A stretch of DNA of 64,000 nt from an uncultured Phascolarctobacterium sp. (GTDB taxonomy: Bacteria > Bacillota > Negativicutes > Acidaminococcales > Acidaminococcaceae), in contig URXA01000002.1 in NCBI GenBank assembly GCA_900551745.1, positions 140,855 through 204,854 of the forward strand. The letters are read 5' to 3'. The first letter of the stretch is position 1. Each line of letters starts with the position of its first letter. Below, piece after piece: positions 10,465 through 21,680 of the stretch. The translations under genes and the position numbers were made by a program. The notes beneath the pieces were generated by a model. The model was not told the DNA's origin. It saw nothing but the letters and a program-made list of their open reading frames with translations, and ran no database searches.

Positions 10465-12054
10465 ATGAAGATCTGGAATAATCCATTCAAAAAAATACTG
10501 ATGTTTACCCTGCTGCTTCTGTCCTTTGCTTCGGCTCAGGCAGCGGAAAAACAAAAAGAAACTCTGCTGTTTTTACCTTTGGACAATCGTCCTGTCTGTT
10601 CCTCTTATGTTGCAAAAACGATGGAAGCAGCAGGCTACAAAGTGCTGCTTCCGCCTGATAAATACCTGGCTTCATATAATCGAAACGGCAGTCCCGATGA
10701 ATTATGGAAATGGCTCGTCAGCCGTGCGCCTCAGGCAGAAGCCGCAGTTATTTCCACAGACAGTCTGATTTATGGCGGGCTGGTTGCATCGCGCACTCAC
10801 CACGAATCGCAGGCAGTTTTAGAGCAGCGTCTGCAGCGGCTCGAAACCCTGCGCGATCAGTTCCCAGTACGGCTTTACGCCTTCTCTACTCTGATGAGAA
10901 CCCCGCGTGCCAGTTTTGGTGCCGTTGAACCTTCCTATTATTCCAAAATCGGTCCGGCTATTTTTCGTTATTCCGAGCTTTGTGACTCCGAAGATTTGAT
11001 TGGACTCAGCCTCAAAGACGCTTTAACGAAAAAAACTTTATCTGCAAACCTGCCTGCTGCAGATTTGCAGGACTGGCTGGAACGCCGTCAAAAAAATCTC
11101 AATATCAACAGTAAACTGACAGAAATGACCCGCAGCAATCGTTTTCACTTTCTCGCAATCGGCAAAGATGATAATGCTCCGCTATCGCATACCCATATGG
11201 AAGCGCGCAAGCTCACTCAGGAAACATATGATCTGACGCAGCGCACTTTTCAGATAGTCCCCGGCGTCGACCAGCTTGGTCTGCTGCTGCTGACCAGAGC
11301 CGGCAACGAACTAAACCGTTATCAGCCACGTGTTTACGCCTATTATGCCGAGGGCTGGGGACCGCGGACGCTGCCGCAATATTCTGATATGACCTTAGGT
11401 CAATCAGTGCCGCAGCAGATTTTAGCAGTCGATGGACGTACTGCTACCAGTGCTGCTAATGCAGATGTTGTTTTAGCGCTCAATACGCCCTTTGACGGCG
11501 TAATGATGGATTCTACCGCTCCTTCCAACCAGTTTTTCTCTTCACCGCAAAACCGTGCCTATATCGAACAGCTCAAAAAGCTTATGGATAACGGCTACCG
11601 TGTCTCTTTGGCCGACGTAGCTTATTCTAACGGAGCTGATAATGGCTTTATGAACGAGCTTGCTAAGCAGGGGCAGTTGGAACGGCTGACAGCCTATAAT
11701 GGCTGGAATACTGCGGACAATACCGTTGGATTTGCTATTTGTCAGGGGATATTGACTCCGCAGATGCCGAAACAGGATGCTGAAAAGCTGATGCGTATCA
11801 GAGTTATCGACGACTGGTATTATCAGGCCAATGCCCGCCGCAGCGCTACAGCATTTTTAGAAAGCAAAAATCAAAAAGATGCAGTTTACCTTCTCGGCAC
11901 CTATCAAAAACCGATTCACGACCTGGCATTAGGCGTTTGCCTAGATTTATCAGGACGTTATAAATTTACAGAAAAAAGTAATTTTGATATTTCTTTCCCC
12001 TGGAACAGACTCTTTGAAATCGATGTAGAATTGAAAAAAGATAAAAAGAAATAA
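10465..12054 (+). CDS. Exported DUF4127-like protein
   Basis: Signal peptide; PLDNRP, YGGLVASR, GVDQ, DVAYSNGAD and YNGWNTADN motifs; ATG 10465 after SD AGGAG. Confidence 0.75.
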   Translation: MKIWNNPFKKILMFTLLLLSFASAQAAEKQKETLLFLPLDNRPVCSSYVAKTMEAAGYKVLLPPDKYLASYNRNGSPDELWKWLVSRAPQAEAAVISTDSLIYGGLVASRTHHESQAVLEQRLQRLETLRDQFPVRLYAFSTLMRTPRASFGAVEPSYYSKIGPAIFRYSELCDSEDLIGLSLKDALTKKTLSANLPAADLQDWLERRQKNLNINSKLTEMTRSNRFHFLAIGKDDNAPLSHTHMEARKLTQETYDLTQRTFQIVPGVDQLGLLLLTRAGNELNRYQPRVYAYYAEGWGPRTLPQYSDMTLGQSVPQQILAVDGRTATSAANADVVLALNTPFDGVMMDSTAPSNQFFSSPQNRAYIEQLKKLMDNGYRVSLADVAYSNGADNGFMNELAKQGQLERLTAYNGWNTADNTVGFAICQGILTPQMPKQDAEKLMRIRVIDDWYYQANARRSATAFLESKNQKDAVYLLGTYQKPIHDLALGVCLDLSGRYKFTEKSNFDISFPWNRLFEIDVELKKDKKK

Positions 12055-12062
12055 CCGGCATT

Positions 12063-12100
12063 AAAATACCGCTGAACCATTTTGTTCAGCGGTATTTTTT
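12063..12100. terminator. Bidirectional terminator
   Basis: AAAATACCGCTGAAC...GTTCAGCGGTATTTT between convergent genes. Confidence 0.85.
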
Positions 12101-12113
12101 ATTAACTGAAAAA

Positions 12114-14063
12114 TTAAAAGCTGTAGTTTATACCAATTTGATAGTTCCGCCCAGGTTCAGCATACCACTCATCAAACCCAAGAAACCCGCCGCTTTCATT
12201 GTCCCAATTGGAATAAAACTGATTAAAAATATTATTGACCTTCACATAAAGCCTGGCATTTTTCTGCAGCTTATAGTTCAATGAAGTATTCCAGACCCAG
12301 TAATTATTGTTGGCAAAACGATTTTCACCGCGGCCGTTAGTCTGATCAAAAACTCCGCGCCCCTGCAGCAGCACACTATACTTATCATACTCGCACATTA
12401 AATCAAGCAACAGTTCACCGTGGGGTATCATCGTACTTACAGGACTTGAGTTTTTGCGTTCCGTATCCACTTTCGTCTGTGTATAAGACACTTGCGAACT
12501 CCATTTTTCTGAAAACCGTTTTGACGCGGAAACAGTAAATCCTGTTGCTTTCTCGTGCGCAATATTGGCATATCTGGAAAACATACTATTACCAACGCCA
12601 AATTTCTCGACTGCAATAACATCCGTTGCATCACGGTGAAAAACATTCATTTTCAATGATAAAGACTCATCCGGCCTATAAGTTACACCAGCTTCATAAA
12701 TCTTACCTTCTTCGGGCTTTAAATCCTCGTCACCATAATCAGGAGAAAATATCTGCAGCTGTTTGGGCGGCGCAAAATATTCCGTATAAGACAAAGTGTA
12801 TAATACTTTTTCAAAAGGCAGATATTCCAACAATACCGCAGGAGAAAGCCTGCTCCCTGCATAGGAATTCCAATCCTGGCGCAGACTGCCAACAGCTTTG
12901 ACACTATCGGCCAGCTGCCAGGCATCCTGCAGATAAACAGCCTTACTGATCACCGTTCTGTCATTATATTTTGCTGCCAGATCCTGATAATCCAGGACCT
13001 GATCCTGATAATATTCCACACCGCCGGTCAAAGTATGCTTAGGATGCCACTGTTTGCTGTAGCGATCAAAAAAACCTTCCGTCCGCAAATCAAGCAGCCA
13101 CGGCCGTTCAACATTAATGCTTCTATCATAGGCGGCATTGCTGCTGCGCCTGTAAATCCCCACAACATTATTTTCTGTGTCCGAGATTTTACGTTCATAT
13201 TCCAGAGTTAAATTATTTTCTGTCTTGCGGGCATCGGCCATAAAAATATTTTTAACCAACTTTGGCGGCTTATTTTTATCACTTTCCATGTTTTTATAAT
13301 TAAAGATCTTCGATGTATACCTGCCGCTGAAAGCACTGTAGCTTAAAGTCAGATCAGCAGCTTCACCCCAGGCTTTGGTCAATTTGATATCGGCATTTTC
13401 AATATTTTCATACGAAGAAATACTCTGCCGGGCACTGCTGTAATCACCTGTAATACTTTTTTGGGCATAAACCGACCAGCTCCAGTCACCGCTTTTGCCC
13501 AAATTTAAAATATTCTCACGTTCTCGTCCATAACTGCCCGTTTCCAGATTGATACTGGTTTTAATACCTTCAACAGCTTTTTTTGTAGTTATCCTGATCA
13601 CACCGCCTTTAGCAGCATTACCGTAAACATTTCCGGCTGCTGACGGCAAAACCTCTACACTTTCCAGCATTCCCGCCGGCAGCACGCTGAAATCAAAATC
13701 ATTATAACTATTGCCGTTCCAGTTAGAACGCACGCCGTCAATAATTACCAGATACCGGTCAGAACCCTTCAGCAAAATCTTACTGTAGGCATTCATACCA
13801 CCGCTTGTTCCCCTGGACATCAAAGTAACACCCGGAAGCTGCTGAATCACATCCAAAGCATTATCATAATTGCCGTTTTCCAGCTTCTGTTCATCAACTT
13901 TATAATAACCTGGTTTACCTGCACTGTTGTCATCACGCGCGGCTGTAACTATCATCGGATCTAAATAAAATTCCGCTTCACCCTCTGCCGTCGCGGTTTC
14001 CATTGAGAAAAACACCAGGCAAAAGCTTGTTATAGCCAAGAAACACAAATATTTTTGCTGCAA
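12114..14063 (-). CDS. TonB-dependent outer membrane receptor
   Basis: Signal peptide; TonB-box-like MIVTAAR; plug motif VEVL...YGNAAKGGVIRITTK; C-terminal NNIFN...PGRNYQIGINYSF ending in Phe. Confidence 0.92.
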   Translation of the reverse strand: MQQKYLCFLAITSFCLVFFSMETATAEGEAEFYLDPMIVTAARDDNSAGKPGYYKVDEQKLENGNYDNALDVIQQLPGVTLMSRGTSGGMNAYSKILLKGSDRYLVIIDGVRSNWNGNSYNDFDFSVLPAGMLESVEVLPSAAGNVYGNAAKGGVIRITTKKAVEGIKTSINLETGSYGRERENILNLGKSGDWSWSVYAQKSITGDYSSARQSISSYENIENADIKLTKAWGEAADLTLSYSAFSGRYTSKIFNYKNMESDKNKPPKLVKNIFMADARKTENNLTLEYERKISDTENNVVGIYRRSSNAAYDRSINVERPWLLDLRTEGFFDRYSKQWHPKHTLTGGVEYYQDQVLDYQDLAAKYNDRTVISKAVYLQDAWQLADSVKAVGSLRQDWNSYAGSRLSPAVLLEYLPFEKVLYTLSYTEYFAPPKQLQIFSPDYGDEDLKPEEGKIYEAGVTYRPDESLSLKMNVFHRDATDVIAVEKFGVGNSMFSRYANIAHEKATGFTVSASKRFSEKWSSQVSYTQTKVDTERKNSSPVSTMIPHGELLLDLMCEYDKYSVLLQGRGVFDQTNGRGENRFANNNYWVWNTSLNYKLQKNARLYVKVNNIFNQFYSNWDNESGGFLGFDEWYAEPGRNYQIGINYSF

Positions 14064-14119
14064 AGCAACCTCTCCTTGATAAAAGTTTCTTTTGTTATGA
14101 CTTCAGCAAATACTATCAG

Positions 14120-16885
14120 CTAATGCAGAAACTTTTCAATACTTTTATACAATTGTTCCACATCGAACGGCTTGGGTATAAATCCATTCATTCCTGCCGC
14201 TAAAGCCTTTTCCCGATCTTCCTGCATCGTATTGGCTGTCATGGCAATAACAGGTATTTCCTGCGCGTCGTCCCTGCCTAAAGCCCTAATCTCTGCGGCA
14301 GCTTCCAGCCCGCCCTTTACCGGCATCTGCAGATCCATCAAAATCAGGTCGTAAGTGCCCGGCAGCGTTTCCTGGAATCTGTCTACAACCTGCTGTCCGT
14401 TTATAACGCGCTCAACATGTACTCCCTGCATTTCCAGCATTGTTACAGCAATCTCGGCATTAAGATCATTATCCTCTGCCAATAAAATATTTTTATCGGC
14501 CAAATAACTATGCATCCTGACTTCGTCATTATTCTCCAGAATTTCATCAACCTGTTTTTCGTAAACAGGCAGCTTAATAGTAAAGAAAAATTCAGAACCT
14601 TTTCCGACCTCACTGCGCACACTTAAAATACCGCCCATCAATTCTACCAAATTACGGCTGATAGCCAGTCCCAGTCCTGTCCCCTGCTGATTGCTGCGGC
14701 TTTTTCGGAAAACCTGTTCAAATGATCCAAAAATACGTTCCAGATCTGTTTCAGGAATACCGATACCTGTATCACAAACACTGAAACGCAGCTCGGAAGC
14801 CCCACCTTCAGCAGCACTTTCCAGAACTGTTACCGTGATCCCGCCATTTTTTTCTGTAAATTTATGAGCATTGGAAAGCAAATTAATAAGGATCTGCTTT
14901 AAACGCAGCTCATCGCCGACAAAATTTTTATGTGTAAAATAACATTTAAACTGCAGATTGATTTTTCTCTCTTCCGCCATCACCAGAAAAATATTCCGCA
15001 GCTGCCGTAACAGATTATCCATAGAAAAAGGCCGGCTTTCGATCTGGATCTTGCCGCTTTCTATTTTTGACATATCAAGGATATCATTAACTATCGATAA
15101 TAAAAATTTAGCAGACGAATCAATTTTGGAAATATTTTTCTGTGTCACAGGATCTCCTTCACCTGAAAGCCGCATCAGATTAGCCAACCCAATGATCGCA
15201 TTCAAAGGTGTTCTGATCTCATGTGACATACGTGAAAGAAACTCGGAGCGGACCTTACTGATATTTTCAACTTTTTTCATTTTAAAATAAATGACCTGAT
15301 TTTTCATTTTAAACCAAAAATACATAAAAATAATCGTTACCACAAGTAAAATAAAGCCGATTATAATCAGAGAAAATATGACCGGGTTGGAATAAACCAA
15401 TGCCTTGAAAGACATTTCCTTCTTTGCCGACATCAAAGTATTATTAGACAAAATCTGCGCAGTTTGTTCATTGGTCAGGTTGACCAAACTTTTATTCAAA
15501 ATAGAATACAACTGCATATCACTGCTGCTGCTGACCCCCAAAGACAAATATATCTCTGGGCTTTCCGTAACAGGGATAATATTAGTATAATAATCACTCA
15601 TATACAGATTTTCCAAAACAACGACCGGTATTCTGCTATAAGAAGCTTCACCAGAATCTACTGCACTCAGGCATTTTTCATAAGTATCAAAATGTTCAAC
15701 TGACTTGTGCTTGATATTACGTGATGCATAACTTCCGGTTATCACTGCTGCAACATTTTGATTACTTGGAAACGGAACATACTTGTTTCTCATGATAATA
15801 GAATTCAACATCATATAATTTTTAGTAATATTCAGTCCGCTGGGATTAACAGCATTATTTTCATTGATATAATAACCAAGGATATCAGCCTGTCCGCTTT
15901 TTACCAATTCCAAAGTCTGCCCATAGGAAGCAGCCGTTATATACTCAAACTCCGCTCCGATCTGAGCAGCAATCAATGCAAAAATTTCAGGAACGATACC
16001 TTTGGGTTCGCCATCCTTAATATAATAAAAAGGATAATTGTTTTTTACTACAGCTACCTTAAAGGGACCGTTCTTATGTATAAACTTATTTTCTTGTTCA
16101 GAGAACACAGCAGTGTTACTGTAATTAACAGGAAAATATTTTTGAAACAGGGCTTCGCCAAAATTTGGATTAACTGCATAAATATTTTTTATCGCTTCAT
16201 TAAGCTGCGCACTTATCTCTGGATCATCTTTCCTGGCAACGATATAGCAAGGCTCAGAATTAAAACGCAGCGCAACATTATAATCAGCTGCTTTGTTAAA
16301 AAGATCGCTGACCAAAAGCAGGTCTACTTCCTCATTGTCTAAAGAACTTTCAAATGATTCAGCAGTGCTGTAATATTTAAAATTACACTTTACATCATTA
16401 AATTCTAAAACATTATTTAAACGTTTTATTTTATCAATAGCTTTAACAAAAACACCAATCGTTTTTCCTTCCAGACTTTTGATATCAAATCCCTTGATAT
16501 TTTGGTCATTCTTGTTATAGATCAGCAAACTGTAGCTATATCCCATTAAATGCTCAGGATAATACAGTTTTTCACCAAACCCGGGTGATTTTAATACTGC
16601 GCCCATAAGATCGTATTTGTCCTGATCCATATTTTTGATTGACTGCGCCAGAGAATCATCAATAAACTCATATTCCCAACCCGTATATTTAGCAATTTCA
16701 ACCAGCCACTCATAAACGATACCACCGTGCGTGCCATCTTCATAAGTCTCACACATACCGCGGGTTTGCGGAAACGCCACCTTTAAAACTTTTTTAGCCT
16801 GTGCTTCTGCAGCGTTTGCAGTCACACAGGCACAAACAGATATTATTATTACTAACCAAATAAAAGTATTTTTAAGACGTTTCAT
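14120..16885 (-). CDS. Hybrid sensor histidine kinase/response regulator with two periplasmic substrate-binding domains
   Basis: FLSRMSHEIRTPLN, NLLSNAHKF, DTGIG, GTGLGL; receiver AEDN...ILMDLQMP...KP; one TM before the kinase. Confidence 0.92.
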   Translation of the reverse strand: MKRLKNTFIWLVIIISVCACVTANAAEAQAKKVLKVAFPQTRGMCETYEDGTHGGIVYEWLVEIAKYTGWEYEFIDDSLAQSIKNMDQDKYDLMGAVLKSPGFGEKLYYPEHLMGYSYSLLIYNKNDQNIKGFDIKSLEGKTIGVFVKAIDKIKRLNNVLEFNDVKCNFKYYSTAESFESSLDNEEVDLLLVSDLFNKAADYNVALRFNSEPCYIVARKDDPEISAQLNEAIKNIYAVNPNFGEALFQKYFPVNYSNTAVFSEQENKFIHKNGPFKVAVVKNNYPFYYIKDGEPKGIVPEIFALIAAQIGAEFEYITAASYGQTLELVKSGQADILGYYINENNAVNPSGLNITKNYMMLNSIIMRNKYVPFPSNQNVAAVITGSYASRNIKHKSVEHFDTYEKCLSAVDSGEASYSRIPVVVLENLYMSDYYTNIIPVTESPEIYLSLGVSSSSDMQLYSILNKSLVNLTNEQTAQILSNNTLMSAKKEMSFKALVYSNPVIFSLIIIGFILLVVTIIFMYFWFKMKNQVIYFKMKKVENISKVRSEFLSRMSHEIRTPLNAIIGLANLMRLSGEGDPVTQKNISKIDSSAKFLLSIVNDILDMSKIESGKIQIESRPFSMDNLLRQLRNIFLVMAEERKINLQFKCYFTHKNFVGDELRLKQILINLLSNAHKFTEKNGGITVTVLESAAEGGASELRFSVCDTGIGIPETDLERIFGSFEQVFRKSRSNQQGTGLGLAISRNLVELMGGILSVRSEVGKGSEFFFTIKLPVYEKQVDEILENNDEVRMHSYLADKNILLAEDNDLNAEIAVTMLEMQGVHVERVINGQQVVDRFQETLPGTYDLILMDLQMPVKGGLEAAAEIRALGRDDAQEIPVIAMTANTMQEDREKALAAGMNGFIPKPFDVEQLYKSIEKFLH

Positions 16886-17076
16886 ATGAAAATTGCTTCC
16901 TTATTTTTCCGTCGTTTAAGCTAAATTATATACAGACTTATTTTATCTTTTTAATCATTTTATTTATTCTATCAAAATTATACAATTTGAGCAATAAAAT
17001 ATCATTTTATATTGTAATTATTATTTCAAAAACAAAATACCCTTCGTCGAAATACATCCGACAAAGGGTATTTTTA

Positions 17077-18738
17077 TTATTTTCTCGGCAAAAATATTTT
17101 TATGACAGTTCCTTTTTCAAGTTCACTTTCCAGTTCAATACGCCCTTTATGGAACATAACTCCATGCTTGACTATCGAAAGCCCCAAACCAGTACCGCCG
17201 GTTTCTTTAAAGTGACTTTTATCAACTCTGTAAAAGCGTTCAAAAACCCGCTCTTTATCAGCGCTGCCGATACCGCAGCCGGTATCCTTAAATGTCAGTA
17301 CTGCTTCACCGGGAATTACGGCTACCGTAATCTCAACGCTGCCGTTTTCACGATTATACTTGATCCCGTTGTCGATAAGGTTATAAATGACCTCGCTCAA
17401 AACTGCGGGCACTCCTTCTACATCAGCTTCACAGCCGCTGACACTTATAGCGACATTTTTCCTGGCAGCCTGTTCCTGCAGACGCTGAACAGTACTTTCA
17501 ACCAAATTTTTCAGTTCGATCGTTTCCAGATTATTTGTATTATTGGCCGACTCGTCTAAACGTGACAGTTTCATAATATTATCGATAAGCACAATCAGGT
17601 GACTGGCCTCACTGTAGATTTTTTCCAGAAACCGCTGTTTATCGCCTTCTTGGACCAAGCCATTTTTCATAATCTCAGCATAACCCAAAATCGACTGCAG
17701 CGGTGTTTTCAATTCATGTGAAACGTTTGCGGAAAACTCTCGCCTCAGTGTTTCTGCCGCACGCTTTTCTGTAACATCAAAAATCAAAAGGACGCTGCCT
17801 TTACCGCCAACACTGCTGCCGCACAGCTGGTAAAAACGTCCATCCTTCTGGTACAGGCTTTCGCCGCTGCCGCCCGCAGCTACCTTCTGCAGCAGTTCCT
17901 GTACTTCTTGTCCCCGTTCCAAAGTCAGAATATTTTTACCAACTATTTCACTATCCTGCAAGCCAAATAACTTAGCAGCACTGTCATTAATCGATAAAAT
18001 ATTCTGTCTGTCATTCAAAAGGATCAGGCCTTCATTCATACTCTGAGTAATAGCCGCCAGTTCATTCTGTTTTTGCCGCAGCTGCTTCAGCCCTTCTGAA
18101 ACCTGCCTCTGCTGCTGAGCGATCCTAGTTAAAAACGGAGCCAATTCATCATAAGTATCATTTTCCAAAGGATTTTCCAGATCCACCTGATTCAAAGGCA
18201 AAATCATTTTATCAGTAATGCGCCGCGCCAGCAGCATAGCAGCTAAAGCCACTACCAGCACTACCGCTATCATATAAGGGATACTGCCGGCAACTGTAGC
18301 AAAAACAGAATCTGTCGTTCTGGCAACACGCAGCACATCGCCATTTTCCAGACTCAGAGCATAGTAAAAAGTCTTTTCCGAAAGAGTATCGCTCATACGT
18401 TCTGCCAGGCCAACTCCACTTGCCAACGCTTCCTGTACTTCCTCGCGGTCTTTATGATTAAGCATTTTTTCGGCAGCGACATGATTGTCATAGACAACTT
18501 TCCCGTCGGGAGCAATCAAAGTAACACGGGTCAGCTTACCGCTTTCCATAGTCAAAGCCTGCAGATGGCTTTGCTCACCCTGTTCCAGTTCCATTTTGAT
18601 AAAAGTCGCTTCCTGTTTCAAATCACGCTGCATCGTGGCCATCGATCCCTGATACATAATAACGGCGATCAGCACAGAAGTGATAATCACGGCTGCCGTT
18701 GACAAGAACAGCAGTCCGCTGAAAATTTTATTTCTCAT
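17077..18738 (-). CDS. phoR: Phosphate regulon sensor histidine kinase (PAS-HisKA-HATPase)
   Basis: ANVSHELKTPL, NGIKYN, FYRVDKS, GGTGLGL; last gene of the pst operon. Confidence 0.85.
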   Translation of the reverse strand: MRNKIFSGLLFLSTAAVIITSVLIAVIMYQGSMATMQRDLKQEATFIKMELEQGEQSHLQALTMESGKLTRVTLIAPDGKVVYDNHVAAEKMLNHKDREEVQEALASGVGLAERMSDTLSEKTFYYALSLENGDVLRVARTTDSVFATVAGSIPYMIAVVLVVALAAMLLARRITDKMILPLNQVDLENPLENDTYDELAPFLTRIAQQQRQVSEGLKQLRQKQNELAAITQSMNEGLILLNDRQNILSINDSAAKLFGLQDSEIVGKNILTLERGQEVQELLQKVAAGGSGESLYQKDGRFYQLCGSSVGGKGSVLLIFDVTEKRAAETLRREFSANVSHELKTPLQSILGYAEIMKNGLVQEGDKQRFLEKIYSEASHLIVLIDNIMKLSRLDESANNTNNLETIELKNLVESTVQRLQEQAARKNVAISVSGCEADVEGVPAVLSEVIYNLIDNGIKYNRENGSVEITVAVIPGEAVLTFKDTGCGIGSADKERVFERFYRVDKSHFKETGGTGLGLSIVKHGVMFHKGRIELESELEKGTVIKIFLPRK

Positions 18739-19408
18739 AGCCAACTCCTATACGATAACCAACACCGCGTACAGTTTCTATCAAAGCTCCGGCTTCACCC
18801 AGCTTCAAACGCAGCGTCCGCACATGGACATCGACAGTACGTGTTTCTCCGGCAAAATCATAACCCCAGATATCAGTTAAAAGCTGCTCGCGCGTAAAAA
18901 CCTGTCCCGGACGCTCTAACAGCTTATGTAAAAGCTCAAATTCCTTGAAGGTCAGAACTACCTCCTGATCACCGACCATGACCCGGTGCTTATCGATTTC
19001 CATCACCAACTCACCGGCAGTAAGTCTGCCCTGCTTATCCTCCTGCTTATAACGCCGGAGTACGGCTTTGACCCGAGACACCATTTCCATCATCCCGAAA
19101 GGCTTGGCGATATAATCATCAGCCCCGTTATCAAGACCATGAACTTTGTCGAATTCAGAACCCTTAGCCGTTGCCATGATCACCGGCACCTGCGCGGTCC
19201 GTTTATCGCCGCGCAGCCGCTTCAGCAGGCTCAGTCCATCTTCACCCGGCAGCATGATATCCAGCAGAATCAAGGTCGGCTTACCGCATTCCAGCGCTTT
19301 GAATAATTCATCGCCGCTGCTGACACCCAAAGCTTTGAAACCAACTGACTGTAATGTATAAACTTCTAATTCACGAATATTAGGATCGTCCTCCACGCAA
19401 AAGATCAT
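18728..19408 (-). CDS. phoB: OmpR/PhoB family response regulator
   Basis: MIFCVEDD, LLDIMLP, GADDYIAKPF, RTVDVHVRTLR, TVRGVGY; start ATG 19408 after SD GAGGAGG. Confidence 0.88.
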   Translation of the reverse strand: MIFCVEDDPNIRELEVYTLQSVGFKALGVSSGDELFKALECGKPTLILLDIMLPGEDGLSLLKRLRGDKRTAQVPVIMATAKGSEFDKVHGLDNGADDYIAKPFGMMEMVSRVKAVLRRYKQEDKQGRLTAGELVMEIDKHRVMVGDQEVVLTFKEFELLHKLLERPGQVFTREQLLTDIWGYDFAGETRTVDVHVRTLRLKLGEAGALIETVRGVGYRIGVGYEK

Positions 19409-20060
19409 GCACAGTATCCTCCTCATGTGCTCCTGTAATCATAAACAGCACCCATTGGGAAATATTTACCGCATGGTCGCCGATTTTTTCAAAATACTTG
19501 GCGATCATCAGGTAATCGATAGCCTGCTCGCCGCTATCCTGCGTGCTGCGAATGACCTGGATCAATTCTTTTTTTGCTCTGCTGAACAGTTCGTCAACAA
19601 TATCGTCGTCACGCTCTACCTGCTGAGCCAGACGCAGATCTCCCTTCACAAAAGCATCCAGGCTGGTGCTGACCATCTTTTTCGCCGCTGTCGCCATTTG
19701 CTGCAAAAGCGATGTATCATAATCCCTGCCAAATTCAGCCTTGCCTAAAATCTCAGCAATATTGCCAGCCTGTTCGCCAATACGGCTCAAATCCGTAATC
19801 ATTTTCAGAGCCGCTGAAATCTGACGCAAATCAGAAGCGACAGGCTGCTGCTTCAAAAGCAGATTTATACAAATATTCTCTACTTCCCGCTCTTTTTCCT
19901 CTGTGCGTTTGCCTAAAATAATAATTTCTCTGTTTAAAGCATCATTATCTTCCTGCAAAGCCTGCATCACATGCTCCAAAGCATTCTCGCACAAAGTTCC
20001 CATTACGATCAGTTCTGTGTTCAAAAGCTCCATCTGAGCCGCAAATCTGCTCCTTACCAT
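19380..20060 (-). CDS. phoU: Phosphate signalling complex protein PhoU
   Basis: QQPVASDLR, DLSRIGE, EKIGDHAVN. Confidence 0.96.
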   Translation of the reverse strand: MVRSRFAAQMELLNTELIVMGTLCENALEHVMQALQEDNDALNREIIILGKRTEEKEREVENICINLLLKQQPVASDLRQISAALKMITDLSRIGEQAGNIAEILGKAEFGRDYDTSLLQQMATAAKKMVSTSLDAFVKGDLRLAQQVERDDDIVDELFSRAKKELIQVIRSTQDSGEQAIDYLMIAKYFEKIGDHAVNISQWVLFMITGAHEEDTVHDLLRGGRS

Positions 20061-20812
20061 CAGCCAAACCTCCCTGTAATATAATCTTCAGTCTTTTTCT
20101 CCTGCGGGTTCGAGAACAAAGTATCAGTATCGTTGAACTCTACCACTTCACCCAAAAGGAAGAAGGCTGTTTTATCAGAAATACGTACAGCCTGCTGCAT
20201 ATTATGCGTTACAATGACAATAGTATAGTTTTGCTTCAATTCCAATGCCAAATCTTCTATTTTCAGGGTCGAAATCGGGTCCAATGCCGAAGTAGGCTCG
20301 TCCATCAGCAAAACCTCAGGCTGTACTGCCAGCGCGCGGGCGATACAGAGCCGCTGCTGCTGACCACCCGAAAAACCCAACGCGCTTTTATCAAGCCTGT
20401 CTTTTACTTCATCCCAAATCGCCGCCTTACGCAGAGCCTCCTCCACCATATCATCCAGCTTAGCTTTGCCTTTGACACCATGTGTTCGCGGCCCGAAAGC
20501 AATATTATCATACACGCTCATCGGAAAAGGATTTGGCTTTTGAAAAACCATGCCCACACGTTTACGCAGCAAATTAACATCATCATTGGCATAAATGTCA
20601 TCATTGTCCAGCAATACCCTGCCTGTAATACGGCAGCCTTCGATAAGATCGTTCATTCTATTCAAAGATTTCAGCAGTGTTGATTTGCCACAGCCAGAAG
20701 GACCTATAAAAGCAGTAATCTCTTTTTCCGGTATCCGCATATTGATATTTTTTAGCGCATGGAATTCACTGTAATATAAATCCAAAGTTTCAATAGCTAT
20801 TTTCGTATCCAT
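20060..20812 (-). CDS. pstB: Phosphate ABC transporter ATP-binding protein
   Basis: [37 protein letters not shown]. Confidence 0.98.
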   Translation of the reverse strand: MDTKIAIETLDLYYSEFHALKNINMRIPEKEITAFIGPSGCGKSTLLKSLNRMNDLIEGCRITGRVLLDNDDIYANDDVNLLRKRVGMVFQKPNPFPMSVYDNIAFGPRTHGVKGKAKLDDMVEEALRKAAIWDEVKDRLDKSALGFSGGQQQRLCIARALAVQPEVLLMDEPTSALDPISTLKIEDLALELKQNYTIVIVTHNMQQAVRISDKTAFFLLGEVVEFNDTDTLFSNPQEKKTEDYITGRFG

Positions 20813-20813
20813 A

Positions 20814-21680
20814 TTATTTTCCCTTCATCAATTGTTTTGCCAGTCTGCTCGACAGAGCGTTGATAGAAACAACGATCACAACTAAAATTACAGCCGTCGC
20901 ATAAGCCTGTTTCATGTACAAGCCCTCGCTGGCCAGCACATACATATGTACTGCCAGAGTTCGTCCTGACGACAGCACCCCGTCAGGAAGTGCCGCCACC
21001 GTACCGGCTGTATAAATAAGCGCTGCCGTTTCGCCTACGATCCTGCCAATGGAAAGAATAACGCCCGCCAGAATACCGGGAACCGCTGAAGGCAGAACTA
21101 CGGCAAAAACGGTCCGCAGCTTGCCTGCCCCTAAGCCATAACTGCCTTCACGGTAGCTGTCAGGGATCGCTTTTAAGGCTTCTTCTGTCGTACGCATAAT
21201 GAGTGGTAAAATCATGATCGCAACAGTACAAGCGCCAGCAAGCAAGGAATACCCCCATTTCAAATAAGTAACGAAGAACAGCATACCAAATAAACCATAT
21301 ACAATCGAAGGGATACCGGCAAGAGTATCAGCAGTTACACGCACCAAGCTTACCAGCCTGTTGCCGCGGCTGGCATATTCGACCAGATAGACAGCCGCAA
21401 ATATTCCCAGCGGCGTCGCAATCGCCAGCGCCATCACTACCATCAGCACCGTATCAACCAATGCCGGAAACAGAGAAACATTTTCGGAATTATACTGCAA
21501 AGCAAACAAACTTGTTTCTATATTTGGCAGCCCCTGCCACAAAATATACCCCAGTAAAAAACTCAACACCATGAAAGTAATCAGCGCTGCAGCAATCACA
21601 CAGCCCAGTAAAAACAACGACAGCGGATCGCGTCCGCATTCATGCAGCTTACGGTTAAGCTGCGCTTTTAAACCCGTCAT
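20814..21680 (-). CDS. pstA: Phosphate ABC transporter permease
   Basis: [21 protein letters not shown]; operon order. Confidence 0.96.
   Translation of the reverse strand: MTGLKAQLNRKLHECGRDPLSLFLLGCVIAAALITFMVLSFLLGYILWQGLPNIETSLFALQYNSENVSLFPALVDTVLMVVMALAIATPLGIFAAVYLVEYASRGNRLVSLVRVTADTLAGIPSIVYGLFGMLFFVTYLKWGYSLLAGACTVAIMILPLIMRTTEEALKAIPDSYREGSYGLGAGKLRTVFAVVLPSAVPGILAGVILSIGRIVGETAALIYTAGTVAALPDGVLSSGRTLAVHMYVLASEGLYMKQAYATAVILVVIVVSINALSSRLAKQLMKGK

Noticed and set aside
19380..19426. phoU/phoB overlap as a frameshift
   Set aside because: Both proteins are complete, and phoB has its own SD and ATG at 19408; this is an ordinary short overlap.
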